A stretch of DNA of 64,000 nucleotides from a candidate division FCPU426 bacterium (lineage in GTDB: Bacteria; Oederibacteriota; PGYV01; Palsa-1178): NCBI GenBank assembly GCA_963840035.1, contig CAWIXE010000002.1:768001-832000 (forward strand). Direction: 5' to 3'. A program made the position numbers and the translations under genes. The notes under the pieces are model-generated. The model was not told where the DNA came from and searched no databases. It was given only the letters and a program-made list of their open reading frames with translations. How positions within the stretch are numbered: position 1 is the stretch's first letter; each line of letters opens with the position of its first letter. Below are positions 20,442-30,341 of the stretch, piece by piece.

Positions 20442-21572
20442 TTATTCCCCGCCAATAACTATTATTTTTGACTTTTTTGCCAGTTCGCGTTTTTTTCTTC
20501 GTTTTTTCATGTTTATGACAAATATGGCGGTTAAAGCCGCGAGTATGGCCAGTAATATGACAATAGTAATGCCCTTAAAGTTCCTGTTGGCCAGCAGCCC
20601 TTTTAATGCCCATATTTTCAGGGATCCGTCCCTGCATGCCGTTGCAAGGTATTCCGAACCCGGGGAAACTGAGACTGAATATACCTCGTCGTTGTGGCCG
20701 CTTATTACCTCGGAGAGCCTTCCGGTTTTGGCGTCCCATATTTTTGTCAGAGTGTCTTTGCCGGATGAAATCAGGAGGCTGCCGTCCGGAGAGAATACCA
20801 GGCCCCATATGATGTTTTCGTGCGCTACGTTTGTCCATATGAGAAGGCCGTCTTCAGCCCTCCAGAATTTCAAAAACCGGTTCTCGCCTCCCGCCGCCAC
20901 ATACTGCGAGTCCGCGGAGAAAGCCGCCGCGTAGACAAGCGAACCGTGGTTTAGTACCCTTGCCTGCTTAAATGAGACGCCGCCTTTGCCGAGGATGGAG
21001 TTGATAAGATTCTTATGGTCTATCTCCCATAAGATGACTGATTGGCCGCAACCGGCAGCCATGAACTTACCGTCATTTGAAAACTTTATTGACCTCGCGT
21101 ACAGGTCGCCTATTGGAACTTCAAAATATTTTTTTCCGTCCTTCACTCCAAAGACCGAAATGTTGCGGTAGGTTCCTACCGCTAAAAGCTTTGAATCGCT
21201 GGAAAACGCCGCCGAATAAAGAGGCTCCTTAAAAACATCAAAAGCTTTGATGAGGTTTCCGCCGGTTGTTTCCCAGAGTTTTAAGGTGTTATCGCGGCCG
21301 GCGGTGGCGAAATATTTGGCGTCCGGAGAAAACACGGCGCACTCTACCGCGGCCCCGTGGTTTATGGACAAAAGACATGTATTCCTGTCCACGTCCCATA
21401 TCTTAACAGCGCCGCCTAAATCAGCCGAGAGCAGGTATGAGGTCTTTTGCGAGAAATCCACGGATGAAACGGACATCGTATGCCCTTTTAAGTCCCTGTA
21501 AAGGACTGCGGAAGCAGATAATGATGAGAAAAATGTTGTTAATGTTATAAATAAAAGTAAAAAATTCTTCAT
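20442..21572 (-). CDS. WD40-repeat membrane-anchored protein
   Basis: Signal peptide, about 7 GH..V.SV.FSPD..S...D..KIW repeats, C-terminal TM. Confidence 0.9.
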   Translation of the reverse strand: MKNFLLLFITLTTFFSSLSASAVLYRDLKGHTMSVSSVDFSQKTSYLLSADLGGAVKIWDVDRNTCLLSINHGAAVECAVFSPDAKYFATAGRDNTLKLWETTGGNLIKAFDVFKEPLYSAAFSSDSKLLAVGTYRNISVFGVKDGKKYFEVPIGDLYARSIKFSNDGKFMAAGCGQSVILWEIDHKNLINSILGKGGVSFKQARVLNHGSLVYAAAFSADSQYVAAGGENRFLKFWRAEDGLLIWTNVAHENIIWGLVFSPDGSLLISSGKDTLTKIWDAKTGRLSEVISGHNDEVYSVSVSPGSEYLATACRDGSLKIWALKGLLANRNFKGITIVILLAILAALTAIFVINMKKRRKKRELAKKSKIIVIGGE

Positions 21573-21629
21573 GTTGTCTCCTTGTACGTTAAGTAATAAG
21601 TTATAAACCGGAAGTGTTTTTTACGGTGC

Positions 21630-21701
21630 TGGTAGCCGCGGCCTTTAGGCTGCGCAAGGGCGCAATGCCGGCCTTTCGCAACCTGAAGGTTGCGGCTACC
21701 A
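21630..21701. repeat. REP doublet (GTAG-initiated), family A copy 1
   Basis: GGTAGCCGCGGCCTTTAGGCTGCG ... CGCAACCTGAAGGTTGCGGCTACC inverted pair; near-copy at 33928. Confidence 0.8.
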
Positions 21702-21744
21702 ATACACAAAAACGCGTCCCTTTCCGCCATTATATTTCATGCTT

Positions 21745-24700
21745 TTATCTGTTCTTCTTCTCTTCAATCGTCTTTGACAGTTCCGGCTTTAATTCCAGCG
21801 CTTTTGCGAACGCTTTTTCAGCTTCTTTATGTTTGTTTTGTTCGTGAAAAAGGAAGCCTATTCGCATGTGTGTCTCGGCATGGCCCGGGTTTAAATCAAG
21901 GGCTTTTTTGAATTCTTTTTCAGCCACGTCATACCTGGTCTCGTCATGATAAATCTCACCCAGGCTTAAATGAAGCTTATAATCGCCGGGCTTAAGGGCG
22001 ATGGCTTTCCTGAAGTACTCTTTTGCGTCATCATATTTTACAAGCCTGAAGCATATATTTCCAAGAAGCGAATAAATTGCCGGGTTTGATTCCTGTTTTT
22101 CAAGCATGGCCAGCAGCAGGGCTGAGGATTCATCAAAGCGCCTGGCCTCGTATAGGGCTGAGGCAAGGCTGTATTTCAGCGTTGTGTCGTCCGGCTTTAA
22201 TCCGGAAAGTTTTTTAAGCTCGTCAATGGCTTTCTCCGGCCTTTTAACGGCGGTATAAAAAGTATAAAGGCTGAAGTGCGCTTTATAATCATCCGGGAAC
22301 ATTTCAAGGATGTTTAAGTAAGCGGCTTCGGCTTCATCTTTTTTTCCGGCTTTCATCAGTGATGAGGCGCAGTTGTGCATTATTTTTACGTCATTGGGCT
22401 TGAGCACGCAGGCTTTTTTAAATGTCTCGGAGGCTGTTTCAAAACTTCCGTTATTGTAATACAGCTGAGCCAGCTGGTCGTAAGCCTCGGCGGAATCGGG
22501 TTTTAATTCAAGTATCCTCTGGTATTCTTTTTCGGCGTTGTTGAAATCGCCTCTATTGTAGTATATCTGGCCGAGGTTTAAGTGCACGTTCAGGTTGTCA
22601 GGCTCAAGCTCGACGGCTTTTTTAAGTTCCGCCTCGGTTTCTTTTTCCCTGGAAGGGCCGGATTTCTGTATGGCGACCGCCAGCCCGGCGTGGGCTTCAG
22701 CGTTTGACGGGTTTATGGATATGGATTTTCTGTAACATTCCTCTGATTTATCCGTTTGCCCCGACTGAAGAAAACATGCTCCGAGGCTGTACCAGGTTTC
22801 CGCGTTACCGGAGTCAAGCCCGGCTGCCTTTTCAAGCAGCGGCTCTGCTTCGGCGTACATGGATTTTTGAAGGAGAAAAGTTCCGTAATTGTGCAGGGCC
22901 TGCGGGTCCTCCGGATTAAGTTCCGTACCCCTTTTTAAATATGTTTCCGCTTCTGCCACGTTACCCTGCCTGCTGTAAATAAGCCCGAGAAGGCTTAATG
23001 CGCGGCCGTTTTCCGCCTCGGCAGAAAGAATGGCCTTGCATTCCGTTTCTGCCTGGGAATAAACATTGTGTTTAAAAAAGAAGAGCGCGAGGTCGTATCT
23101 GGCCCGCAGGTTATTCGGGTTCGCCGTAAGTATCCTGGAAAGTGTTTCCTGCGCCTCTTTATCGCGCCCGCTTTTCAGGCATCCGGAAATGAACAGGTCG
23201 AGGGCCTCTGTGTGATTGGGGTTAATCAAGACCAGTTTCTTCAGGGTTTTAATCGCGTCGTCATCCCTTCCCTGGGCGTAAATTGAAAGCGCCATCCTGT
23301 ACATCGCGTCGAGGTTCATCCTGTCGAGTTCAATGGTCTTTTTAAAGGCTTCTTCGCTTTCGGGGTATTGTTTTAGTTCCAGCAGGCATAGCCCCTTTTC
23401 ATAAGGCGCTGTTTTGTCGGCGGGATCAAGTTTCATCACTTCGTCGAACTGATGGCCGGCATTGGTATACTTTTTTTCCTTCATCAGGGTTACACCGAGC
23501 CTCAAATACGCGTCTTTATATGCGGGCTCCGTTTTTACGGCTTTTTCATAATTTTTTGCTGCTTCAGCGTAGTTTTCCTGCTCGAAGTAAATGCCGGCCA
23601 GCGCGTAATACGCCCGCGAATTGGCCGCGTCCAGCGAGAGTTCCTTTTTAAATGACGCTTCAGCCTCGGCCTTTTGTCCCATGTTGTAATAGGCCATGCC
23701 GAGCGCGTAATTAACCCTGGAAAAACCCGGCTTAATTTCAGAGAGTTTTTTCAGGGCTGCCGCGGATTCCGCGAACTTTTTTATTGTGTACCTTGCCACG
23801 CCGAGGTTGTACCAGGCGTTGTAATTGTCCTTTGCGTATTCGGTGGTCTTAAGGAAATACTCCTCAGCATCCTCGTTTCTGCCTTCGCTGCGCGCGATAA
23901 GCCCCAGGTTATACCATGCCTGGGCGTGCGCCGGGTCGTTGGCCAGGAGTTTTTTATATATCTCCCCTGCTTCGCTGAATTTTTTGTTGTCATAATATAT
24001 CATGGCAAGCGTGCTGTATGATTCCGAGTGGGCCGGATTTTTCTCTATGGCGTCGCGGAAAAAGCTTTCGGCTTTATCATATTCCTTGTTGTTATAATAC
24101 ATAAGGCCTATGGAATAGTAAGCGTCATCATGGCCCGGGTTCGCGCCTATGGCCCTTGAAAAAGCTTCTTTTGCCTCTTCTGATTTGCCTTCTTTGGTAT
24201 ATATGTGTCCAAGCAGATACCACGCGTCCGCGTTCATGGGGCTGATATCAACGGCTTTTTTAAAGGCGTTTTCCGCGTCTTTTAACCTGTCCAGGTCGTA
24301 ATATATCTGGCCCAGAAGGCTGAAAGTCTCGGAATATCCCGGGTTTATCCTGATGGACTTGTTGAGCAGGTCAATGGCGTTTTCATGGCTGCCCGTGCCT
24401 TCAAAAAAGCGCGCCATCTGGGTCAACAATATGCCGGCGGTGTTTATGTGTTCCAGGGTGCGTTTGTATATGATCTCTTCCCTGGGCGCCTGGGTAAACG
24501 GGTGCTGTACGCCCTTGTCCCTCATGTTTATGTTTATCTTGGTGGAGCCGTCGTCATAACGCAGAAAGAAGTGGCCGGGCGCCACCGAACCGTACACGGG
24601 CATATATACGGCGTCGGCTATCAGAAGGTATATCAGAGATAAAGTGATGCATACGCCTTCTTTTTCCTTCATGACGCGGTAAATGGAAAAGTATTTCAAA

Positions 24701-25023
24701 ACCTCGTCGGCGTTGGTTACCTGCTTTTTCTTGGCTGAATTGAAAAAGAACTTGTCCCAGCGTTCGTTGAACTTAAAGCCTTTATCACGGAAGAAATAAC
24801 TGCTTAAAAAGTTTATCTGCTCCCGCGGCGAGTCAGCCTTGTTTAATTCCGGACGGAATTCCTTTACCATGGAGTTAATCATTTCGGCGCACAGGTCCTG
24901 GTCAAAATCATTTTCCATCAGGCCAAAAAGGCCGAAAATAGTCTTGTTTAATTCGAACGAATGGGCGTCGTCCGGAAATATCCTGTTAAGCTTTTCTGAA
25001 AATGTTTCTTCGTTTTTTTGCAT
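21745..25023 (-). CDS. SirB1/transglutaminase-like domain plus long TPR array protein
   Basis: EGVCITLSLIYL..PGHFFLRY followed by more than 20 TPR-like repeats. Confidence 0.85.
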   Translation of the reverse strand: MQKNEETFSEKLNRIFPDDAHSFELNKTIFGLFGLMENDFDQDLCAEMINSMVKEFRPELNKADSPREQINFLSSYFFRDKGFKFNERWDKFFFNSAKKKQVTNADEVLKYFSIYRVMKEKEGVCITLSLIYLLIADAVYMPVYGSVAPGHFFLRYDDGSTKININMRDKGVQHPFTQAPREEIIYKRTLEHINTAGILLTQMARFFEGTGSHENAIDLLNKSIRINPGYSETFSLLGQIYYDLDRLKDAENAFKKAVDISPMNADAWYLLGHIYTKEGKSEEAKEAFSRAIGANPGHDDAYYSIGLMYYNNKEYDKAESFFRDAIEKNPAHSESYSTLAMIYYDNKKFSEAGEIYKKLLANDPAHAQAWYNLGLIARSEGRNEDAEEYFLKTTEYAKDNYNAWYNLGVARYTIKKFAESAAALKKLSEIKPGFSRVNYALGMAYYNMGQKAEAEASFKKELSLDAANSRAYYALAGIYFEQENYAEAAKNYEKAVKTEPAYKDAYLRLGVTLMKEKKYTNAGHQFDEVMKLDPADKTAPYEKGLCLLELKQYPESEEAFKKTIELDRMNLDAMYRMALSIYAQGRDDDAIKTLKKLVLINPNHTEALDLFISGCLKSGRDKEAQETLSRILTANPNNLRARYDLALFFFKHNVYSQAETECKAILSAEAENGRALSLLGLIYSRQGNVAEAETYLKRGTELNPEDPQALHNYGTFLLQKSMYAEAEPLLEKAAGLDSGNAETWYSLGACFLQSGQTDKSEECYRKSISINPSNAEAHAGLAVAIQKSGPSREKETEAELKKAVELEPDNLNVHLNLGQIYYNRGDFNNAEKEYQRILELKPDSAEAYDQLAQLYYNNGSFETASETFKKACVLKPNDVKIMHNCASSLMKAGKKDEAEAAYLNILEMFPDDYKAHFSLYTFYTAVKRPEKAIDELKKLSGLKPDDTTLKYSLASALYEARRFDESSALLLAMLEKQESNPAIYSLLGNICFRLVKYDDAKEYFRKAIALKPGDYKLHLSLGEIYHDETRYDVAEKEFKKALDLNPGHAETHMRIGFLFHEQNKHKEAEKAFAKALELKPELSKTIEEKKNR

Positions 25024-26064
25024 TTATTTTTTCCTTTTACGGTTTAGTTCTTCCAGCGCGGCGGCGGCAAGCCGGTTATTCGGGTCAATGTTAAGCGCCT
25101 TTTCCAGGTTGTTTTCAGCCAGCAGCCAGCGCCCCTGCTCTGTATAAAGCGACGCCAGGTTTACATATCCGTTTGAGTAATTTGGGAAGAGGCGCAGCGA
25201 CTCGGTAAATTCCGCCTCGGCCTTTTCATATTGTTTTTTTTGGTCGTATATCAGCCCCAGGTTGTTATGCGTTTCCGGGAAATCCGGCAGCATTTCAATT
25301 GATTTCTCAAGCATTATTTCGGCTTTTGGGATGGCGCCGGTGCGCATCAGCAGAATTCCCATATTATTTAAAGCCGCTGCTACCGTGTCGTAGCGCGACA
25401 GGGGTTTGTTATAAATAACTTTTGACGCGTCTATGAAGCCTGTGTTTGTTAATTCCTTATAGCCATAGTACTCGACTCCGCCGAAAGTGGTCTCGGAGTT
25501 TATGCCGGAGTGGCCCGGTTCCTGGTAGCGCACAAAAATATGGCCCGGAACAAGCACTCCGTATATCGGCAGTTTAAGTTTATCCGCTATCATCAGGTAT
25601 ATAAGCGACAGCGAAAGGCAAATGCCCTGCCTGCGTTCCAGGACGCGCGGTATGGAGTTGAAATTGAGAAAATCATCGGCCGATATGGCTGCAAGTTCGC
25701 TGCCGGACATAAAAGCGTTCGCTTTTTCATCAAAACGGAACCCTTTATCTTTAAATATGAAATTATTGATGTTATTCATTACCGCGTCAGCGCGTATGTC
25801 GTCCATTATTACGGGCTTCAATTCAGCTGTCATTGCCGATATTTCGTCAGATGCCTTCTTATAATCGGATTCCGGATCTATGATGGACGAAAGGCCCAGA
25901 ACTACGGAAGTAAAGTCAAAGTTGTCTTTATCCTTTGGCAGGACGTTTTCCAGCTGTTCCCTGAACCGGCGTTCTTCTTTTAGTGAAGACCCGCTGTTAA
26001 GCCACCAGCTCATTAACAAAAAACCGGCCAGTATACCGATTATGAATTTTAAAGTTTTTGACAT
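25024..26064 (-). CDS. SirB1/transglutaminase-like TPR protein, membrane anchored
   Basis: N-terminal TM; QGICLSLSLIYL..PGHIFVRY..NSETT; C-terminal TPRs. Confidence 0.85.
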   Translation of the reverse strand: MSKTLKFIIGILAGFLLMSWWLNSGSSLKEERRFREQLENVLPKDKDNFDFTSVVLGLSSIIDPESDYKKASDEISAMTAELKPVIMDDIRADAVMNNINNFIFKDKGFRFDEKANAFMSGSELAAISADDFLNFNSIPRVLERRQGICLSLSLIYLMIADKLKLPIYGVLVPGHIFVRYQEPGHSGINSETTFGGVEYYGYKELTNTGFIDASKVIYNKPLSRYDTVAAALNNMGILLMRTGAIPKAEIMLEKSIEMLPDFPETHNNLGLIYDQKKQYEKAEAEFTESLRLFPNYSNGYVNLASLYTEQGRWLLAENNLEKALNIDPNNRLAAAALEELNRKRKK

Positions 26065-26144
26065 TTCCCCTCCGGAAACGAAAAAATATGATTTCTAATT
26101 ATATAAGTACTTTTCTTGTTCTTATATTATCCACCCACTACCCG

Positions 26145-27369
26145 CTATTCAATCCGTATTTTCTTTATCTTCGCGCCTTTATAATAATACCGCAGTATCT
26201 CGTCGTAATACCTGCCTTCGTCAGCCATCTGACGGGCGCCTTCCTGGGACATGCCCACGCCGTGGCCCCAGCCTTTACCGGTGAAGTAAAACATGTCCCC
26301 GCGCTTCTGGACCTCAAAATTAGTCGACTTGAGCTGGTCAACTCCTATGTAGGCGCGCAGGTCCTTGCCTTTTATTGGGGCGTCCCTGTTTACCCCGTGT
26401 ATTATTGCGTTCTTTACCCTGTCGCTTGACGTCCTTTCAGTCACGCTTATGTCGTTTATGTATCCCGTATCCAGCCCGTTTTTGGCAAAGAGTTTGCCCA
26501 GCTTATCAGCGTCAATGGAATACTCCCATTTGAACTTTTTAGCGTTGGTGCTGTACGGGTCATCCACGCCCTGCAGATAGGTCATGTCTGCCTCCCCACA
26601 CTTCCTCTGATGACGCGGTCCTCCCGCCTGAATTGGCGTGAAAAAATGCCTGTATGACTTCGCCGTTGTATGAAAGCACCTCTCCGGCTGTTTCATCTAT
26701 GGCGCTGTTTGTCGGCGCGGCTTCGACGTCCCTGCCGCTATACACTTGAGAAGCGACTGAACAATCCAGGTCATATTCAGGGGTTTTATTCTTGAGCCTG
26801 TTATATATGGCAAAAGACCTTGCCGCTACCGCCTGCGCTTTTAAAACTTCCTTTTCCCAGCTGTAGGATACTTCCGAAGGAAGCACACCGTAAAGGTATT
26901 GTTCAAGTTCCAGCTTGTTTACCAGCATTAATGTGCCGCTTTTTAGAAAAACCATGAAAGAACCGCGGTATGATTTTTTATTAAAGACGAGGTATCCGTC
27001 TTTACATGTAATTTCGAGTAATTTTTTACCGGTGTCGTCCCCGTTAATTGATATGAAGCCATCAGGCAGCGCGGTAATGACGAACTTCTTCCCTTCAGCC
27101 ACGGATGAATCGGCAATTGATGCCTGTCCGCTGGAGGAAACTCCAAGAGGGCCTGATGATTTGGCGAGAAGGACTTTAACCATTATGACTTTTGAGTGTT
27201 CGTCCGGCTGCTCCGAAGCGTTATAGGTTTTGACTTCCTTGGATTTGAGTTCTTCTTTTGTTATTTTGACAGTTCTTCCTGTGCCCAGGTTTCTTGTAGA
27301 CATGGAAACGCATGAAGTAAGCATGGCCAGAGCGCAGGCTGAAACAATCAGGATTGAAGGCCTGTTCAT
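26145..27369 (-). CDS. SpoIID/LytB-domain lytic transglycosylase-like lipoprotein (split by +1 frameshift near 26587)
   Basis: LEQYLYGVLPSE..LKAQAVAARS..FFHANSGGRT in 26560-27369; GKGWGHGVGMSQEGA..ILRYYY in 26145-26696. Confidence 0.88.
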
Positions 27370-27581
27370 TTTTTGCCCACAAAATAGAAGATAACGGACA
27401 GTATAATACTGATTATTATGGAAGTGGTTATGGGAAAGTAAAATGAGGTGTTTCCGTTTTCTATGCGTATGTCGCCGGGCAGCTTTCCCAGCGGAATCCC
27501 CTTGAAGAAAACAAGAACCACGCCGGCGATAATAAGCAGCGCGCCGAGCGCTATGAGGAATTTGCCGGTTTGTTCTGGCAT
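27366..27581 (-). CDS. DUF2905 small membrane protein
   Basis: LGKLPGDIRIE..FYFPITTSIIISIILS. Confidence 0.85.
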   Translation of the reverse strand: MPEQTGKFLIALGALLIIAGVVLVFFKGIPLGKLPGDIRIENGNTSFYFPITTSIIISIILSVIFYFVGKK

Positions 27582-27582
27582 G

Positions 27583-29286
27583 TTATCCGGCTGTCGCTGA
27601 AATAACTTCGTCTATGGTTGTCATGCCGCGCAGCATTTTTGCCACGGCAGACTGGCGAAGCGATCTCATTCCGCTTTTTAAAGCCATTTCCTTTATGACA
27701 GTGGCGTCAGAGCCTTTTAATATGGTCTTTTTCAGATCATCGCCGATTTCCATGAGCTCATATATGGCGACCCTGCCTTTATAACCCGAGCCGTTGCATG
27801 TCGGGCAACCCTGGCCTTTCATGAACGTGGCGCCCTTTGCCATCTCAGCTGTAATGCCGACAGATTCCAGAAGTTCAGGCGTAAGCTGGATTGGCTGTCC
27901 GCAATCCCTGCAGACCTTTCTTACAAGCCTCTGGGCGAGTACGAGTATTACGGCAGAGCCGATATAGAAAGGCTCTATGCCCATGTCTTCGAGCCTGCTT
28001 ATGGTCGTGGGCGCGTCATTTGTGTGAAGCGTGGATATTACAAGGTGGCCGGTTAAGGCGGCTTTTATGGCGATCTCGGCTGTTTCCTGGTCCCTGATTT
28101 CTCCGACCATTATTACATCCGGGTCCTGCCTTAAGAAAGAGCGCAGCGTGCTGGCGAAGGTGAGTTCGGCCTCCGGGTTCATCTGCACCTGGTTGATGTT
28201 TGGAAGGTTATATTCGACCGGGTCTTCTGCGGTCATGATATTTATGTCCGGGCTGTTTATGGTGGAAAGCGCCGAATAAAGCGTGGTAGTCTTACCGCTT
28301 CCCGTGGGCCCCGTTACAAGCAATATGCCGTAGGGCGCGTTAATGGCTTTCTGGAATTTTGTAAGTTCTTCCGGCTCAAAGCCGAGTTTTGTCAGGTCGA
28401 GCTGGAGGTTGGTCTGGTCCAAAATACGCATGACTATCTTTTCGCCCCAGACTGTCGGCAGCGTCGATACGCGCAGGTCAATGGTGCGGTCCTTTACTTT
28501 TATCTTGATCCTGCCGTCCTGAGGTTTTCTTTTCTCAATGATATCAAGGCGCGCCATAACTTTATAGCGCGATGTTAATGCCCTTTTATATGACACTGGC
28601 GGAGATGGCTGTTCTATGAGCGAGCCGTCTATCCTGTAGCGTATTTTTATCTCTTTTTCAAATGGTTCGACATGGATATCAGAGGCGCCCTTACCCACGG
28701 CGTCGGCAATGAGTGAGTTACAAAGCCTGATAACAGGCGCTTCATCCACGGATTCAGAGTCTTCAGCCTGTTGCTGCTGGTCCTTTAGAATCTCAAGTTC
28801 GTCTTCCCCTGAACCGGACATTTCTTTAAGCGTTTCGGCTGTTGCGCTTTTGTCCTCTTTTTTCATTCCCTGGTCTATTGCAAGTTTGATATATGATTCA
28901 GGCGCCATGCCGAGTTCCACTTCAGCGCCGCCTTTGAACTTGAATTCTTTCATGAAAGAGGAAAGCTCAGGGTGCATGGGATCGGCGCACGCGAATATGA
29001 TGGCGCTGCCTTCCCTGCGTATCGGGAAAATGCTGAGGGCTTCAGCTTTGGAACGAGGTATTATTGAAAGCAATGTGGGGTCGACTTCCACGGCCATTAA
29101 GTCTATATAATCAACTCCGTAATGGTTGGCGAGCCGCTTTGTTATCTCTTCCTCGTCAGCCCCCAAAAGAGCGAGGTTAAATCCCACACCCGATTTATTC
29201 TGAGCCTGCATTTCTTTGGCTTTGTCATACATTTCATCGGAGATAAGCCCGTCGTCGATAAGTTTTTTCCAGATGCCGGTCGCCAT
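27583..29286 (-). CDS. pilB: Type IV pilus/T2SS assembly ATPase PilB/GspE
   Basis: ASDIHVEP, GPTGSGKTTT, EDPVEY, LRQDPDVIMVGEIRD, STLHTN, CxxC..CxxC. Confidence 0.93.
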   Translation of the reverse strand: MATGIWKKLIDDGLISDEMYDKAKEMQAQNKSGVGFNLALLGADEEEITKRLANHYGVDYIDLMAVEVDPTLLSIIPRSKAEALSIFPIRREGSAIIFACADPMHPELSSFMKEFKFKGGAEVELGMAPESYIKLAIDQGMKKEDKSATAETLKEMSGSGEDELEILKDQQQQAEDSESVDEAPVIRLCNSLIADAVGKGASDIHVEPFEKEIKIRYRIDGSLIEQPSPPVSYKRALTSRYKVMARLDIIEKRKPQDGRIKIKVKDRTIDLRVSTLPTVWGEKIVMRILDQTNLQLDLTKLGFEPEELTKFQKAINAPYGILLVTGPTGSGKTTTLYSALSTINSPDINIMTAEDPVEYNLPNINQVQMNPEAELTFASTLRSFLRQDPDVIMVGEIRDQETAEIAIKAALTGHLVISTLHTNDAPTTISRLEDMGIEPFYIGSAVILVLAQRLVRKVCRDCGQPIQLTPELLESVGITAEMAKGATFMKGQGCPTCNGSGYKGRVAIYELMEIGDDLKKTILKGSDATVIKEMALKSGMRSLRQSAVAKMLRGMTTIDEVISATAG

Positions 29287-29520
29287 GAAGCCTCCTCAAG
29301 GTTGATACTTGGTGAAGTCAAATGTCAAAAGTCAAAACTCAAAAGTGGAACTTGAAGTCAAAATCCCCAGAAACAATTATAAATGGCAAATCGTAAATAT
29401 ATTAGTATTATATAAGGTTTTTAGGTGAAAGTAAAGTGCGATATAATTGGTGGTATTGTATATAATAGTGTGTAAATTCATTTTGGCCGTAAAATATGTT
29501 TGTTTCCATTATAAACGACT

Positions 29521-29609
29521 TCCCCCTCTCCTCTTAGGAGAGGGGCCGGGGTGAGGTGAAACCAATTGGTTTGTTCCCCTCACCCTACCCTCTCCCAAGG
29601 GGAGAGGGA
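29521..29609. repeat. BoxC-like palindromic element pair
   Basis: CCCCCTCTCC..GGAGAGGGGCCGGGGTGAGG and inverted CCCCTCACCCTACCCTCTCCC..GGGAGAGGG. Confidence 0.7.
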
Positions 29610-29761
29610 AAAAAGAACAAAACAATTTACACACAATTCTTGACAATATCATAATTGGTTCGATATTTTTGATTTTCGCAGTGGCGAGCCGGCTTGCGCG
29701 TTGAGCAACAGCGAAAACGTGTGGCTCGTCAGGGTTTATGGTTTGTTTGATTTTGCCTTTC

Positions 29762-29787
29762 GTAGAGCCGCCGCTTGCTGCGGCTCA
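29762..29787 (+). repeat. REP-like 26-bp inverted repeat, left copy
   Basis: GTAGAGCCGCCGCTTGCTGCGGCTCA; exact reverse complement at 30232-30257. Confidence 0.9.
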
Positions 29788-29812
29788 GACGAGGTCTTAA
29801 CTTATCGCGGAT

Positions 29813-30220
29813 TTAGTAGTTGTTGGTTTTATTTCTTTCCAGTTTTTCGTAAATCTTTTCCTTTTTCATCTGCACTTCGTTTTCCCTTATTCTTCTGTAT
29901 TCGGATAAGATTTTAGCGTCTGTTTCCCATTCGAAATCAGAAATTAAGTATGTGATTATAGCGGTTAATCCAAATCCTGCGGCTGTTAAGGCTAAAAATG
30001 TTGGCTTCAATTCTTCTGGTGCGGCCATAGTGATTCCCGAACCAATAACACCGACGCTAATTGCAAACATACTGGAAAACATTGCTTGTTGTTGTGTTTT
30101 TTGTGTAATGATTTCTTCCTGGTACTTTTTATCCATGTTGTAATAGCTTGTAGGCAAATGTGCGCAGCCTGACAATAATAAAATTGTTGTAATAGTTATT
30201 GCGTGTTTTAAGATTTTCAT
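29813..30220 (-). CDS. Hypothetical lipoprotein (AT-rich)
   Basis: MKILK..LLLSGC lipobox, two hydrophobic helices. Confidence 0.7.
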   Translation of the reverse strand: MKILKHAITITTILLLSGCAHLPTSYYNMDKKYQEEIITQKTQQQAMFSSMFAISVGVIGSGITMAAPEELKPTFLALTAAGFGLTAIITYLISDFEWETDAKILSEYRRIRENEVQMKKEKIYEKLERNKTNNY

Positions 30221-30231
30221 CGTTTCCCCAT

Positions 30232-30257
30232 TGAGCCGCAGCAAGCGGCGGCTCTAC
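30232..30257 (-). repeat. REP-like 26-bp inverted repeat, right copy
   Basis: TGAGCCGCAGCAAGCGGCGGCTCTAC. Confidence 0.9.
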
Positions 30258-30341
30258 AAAAACGTTTTGTTTTGAATTGTCAATCGACAATCGTTAATAA
30301 ATGCAGTTAATTGAAAATTGAAAATATAAAATTGAAAATTA

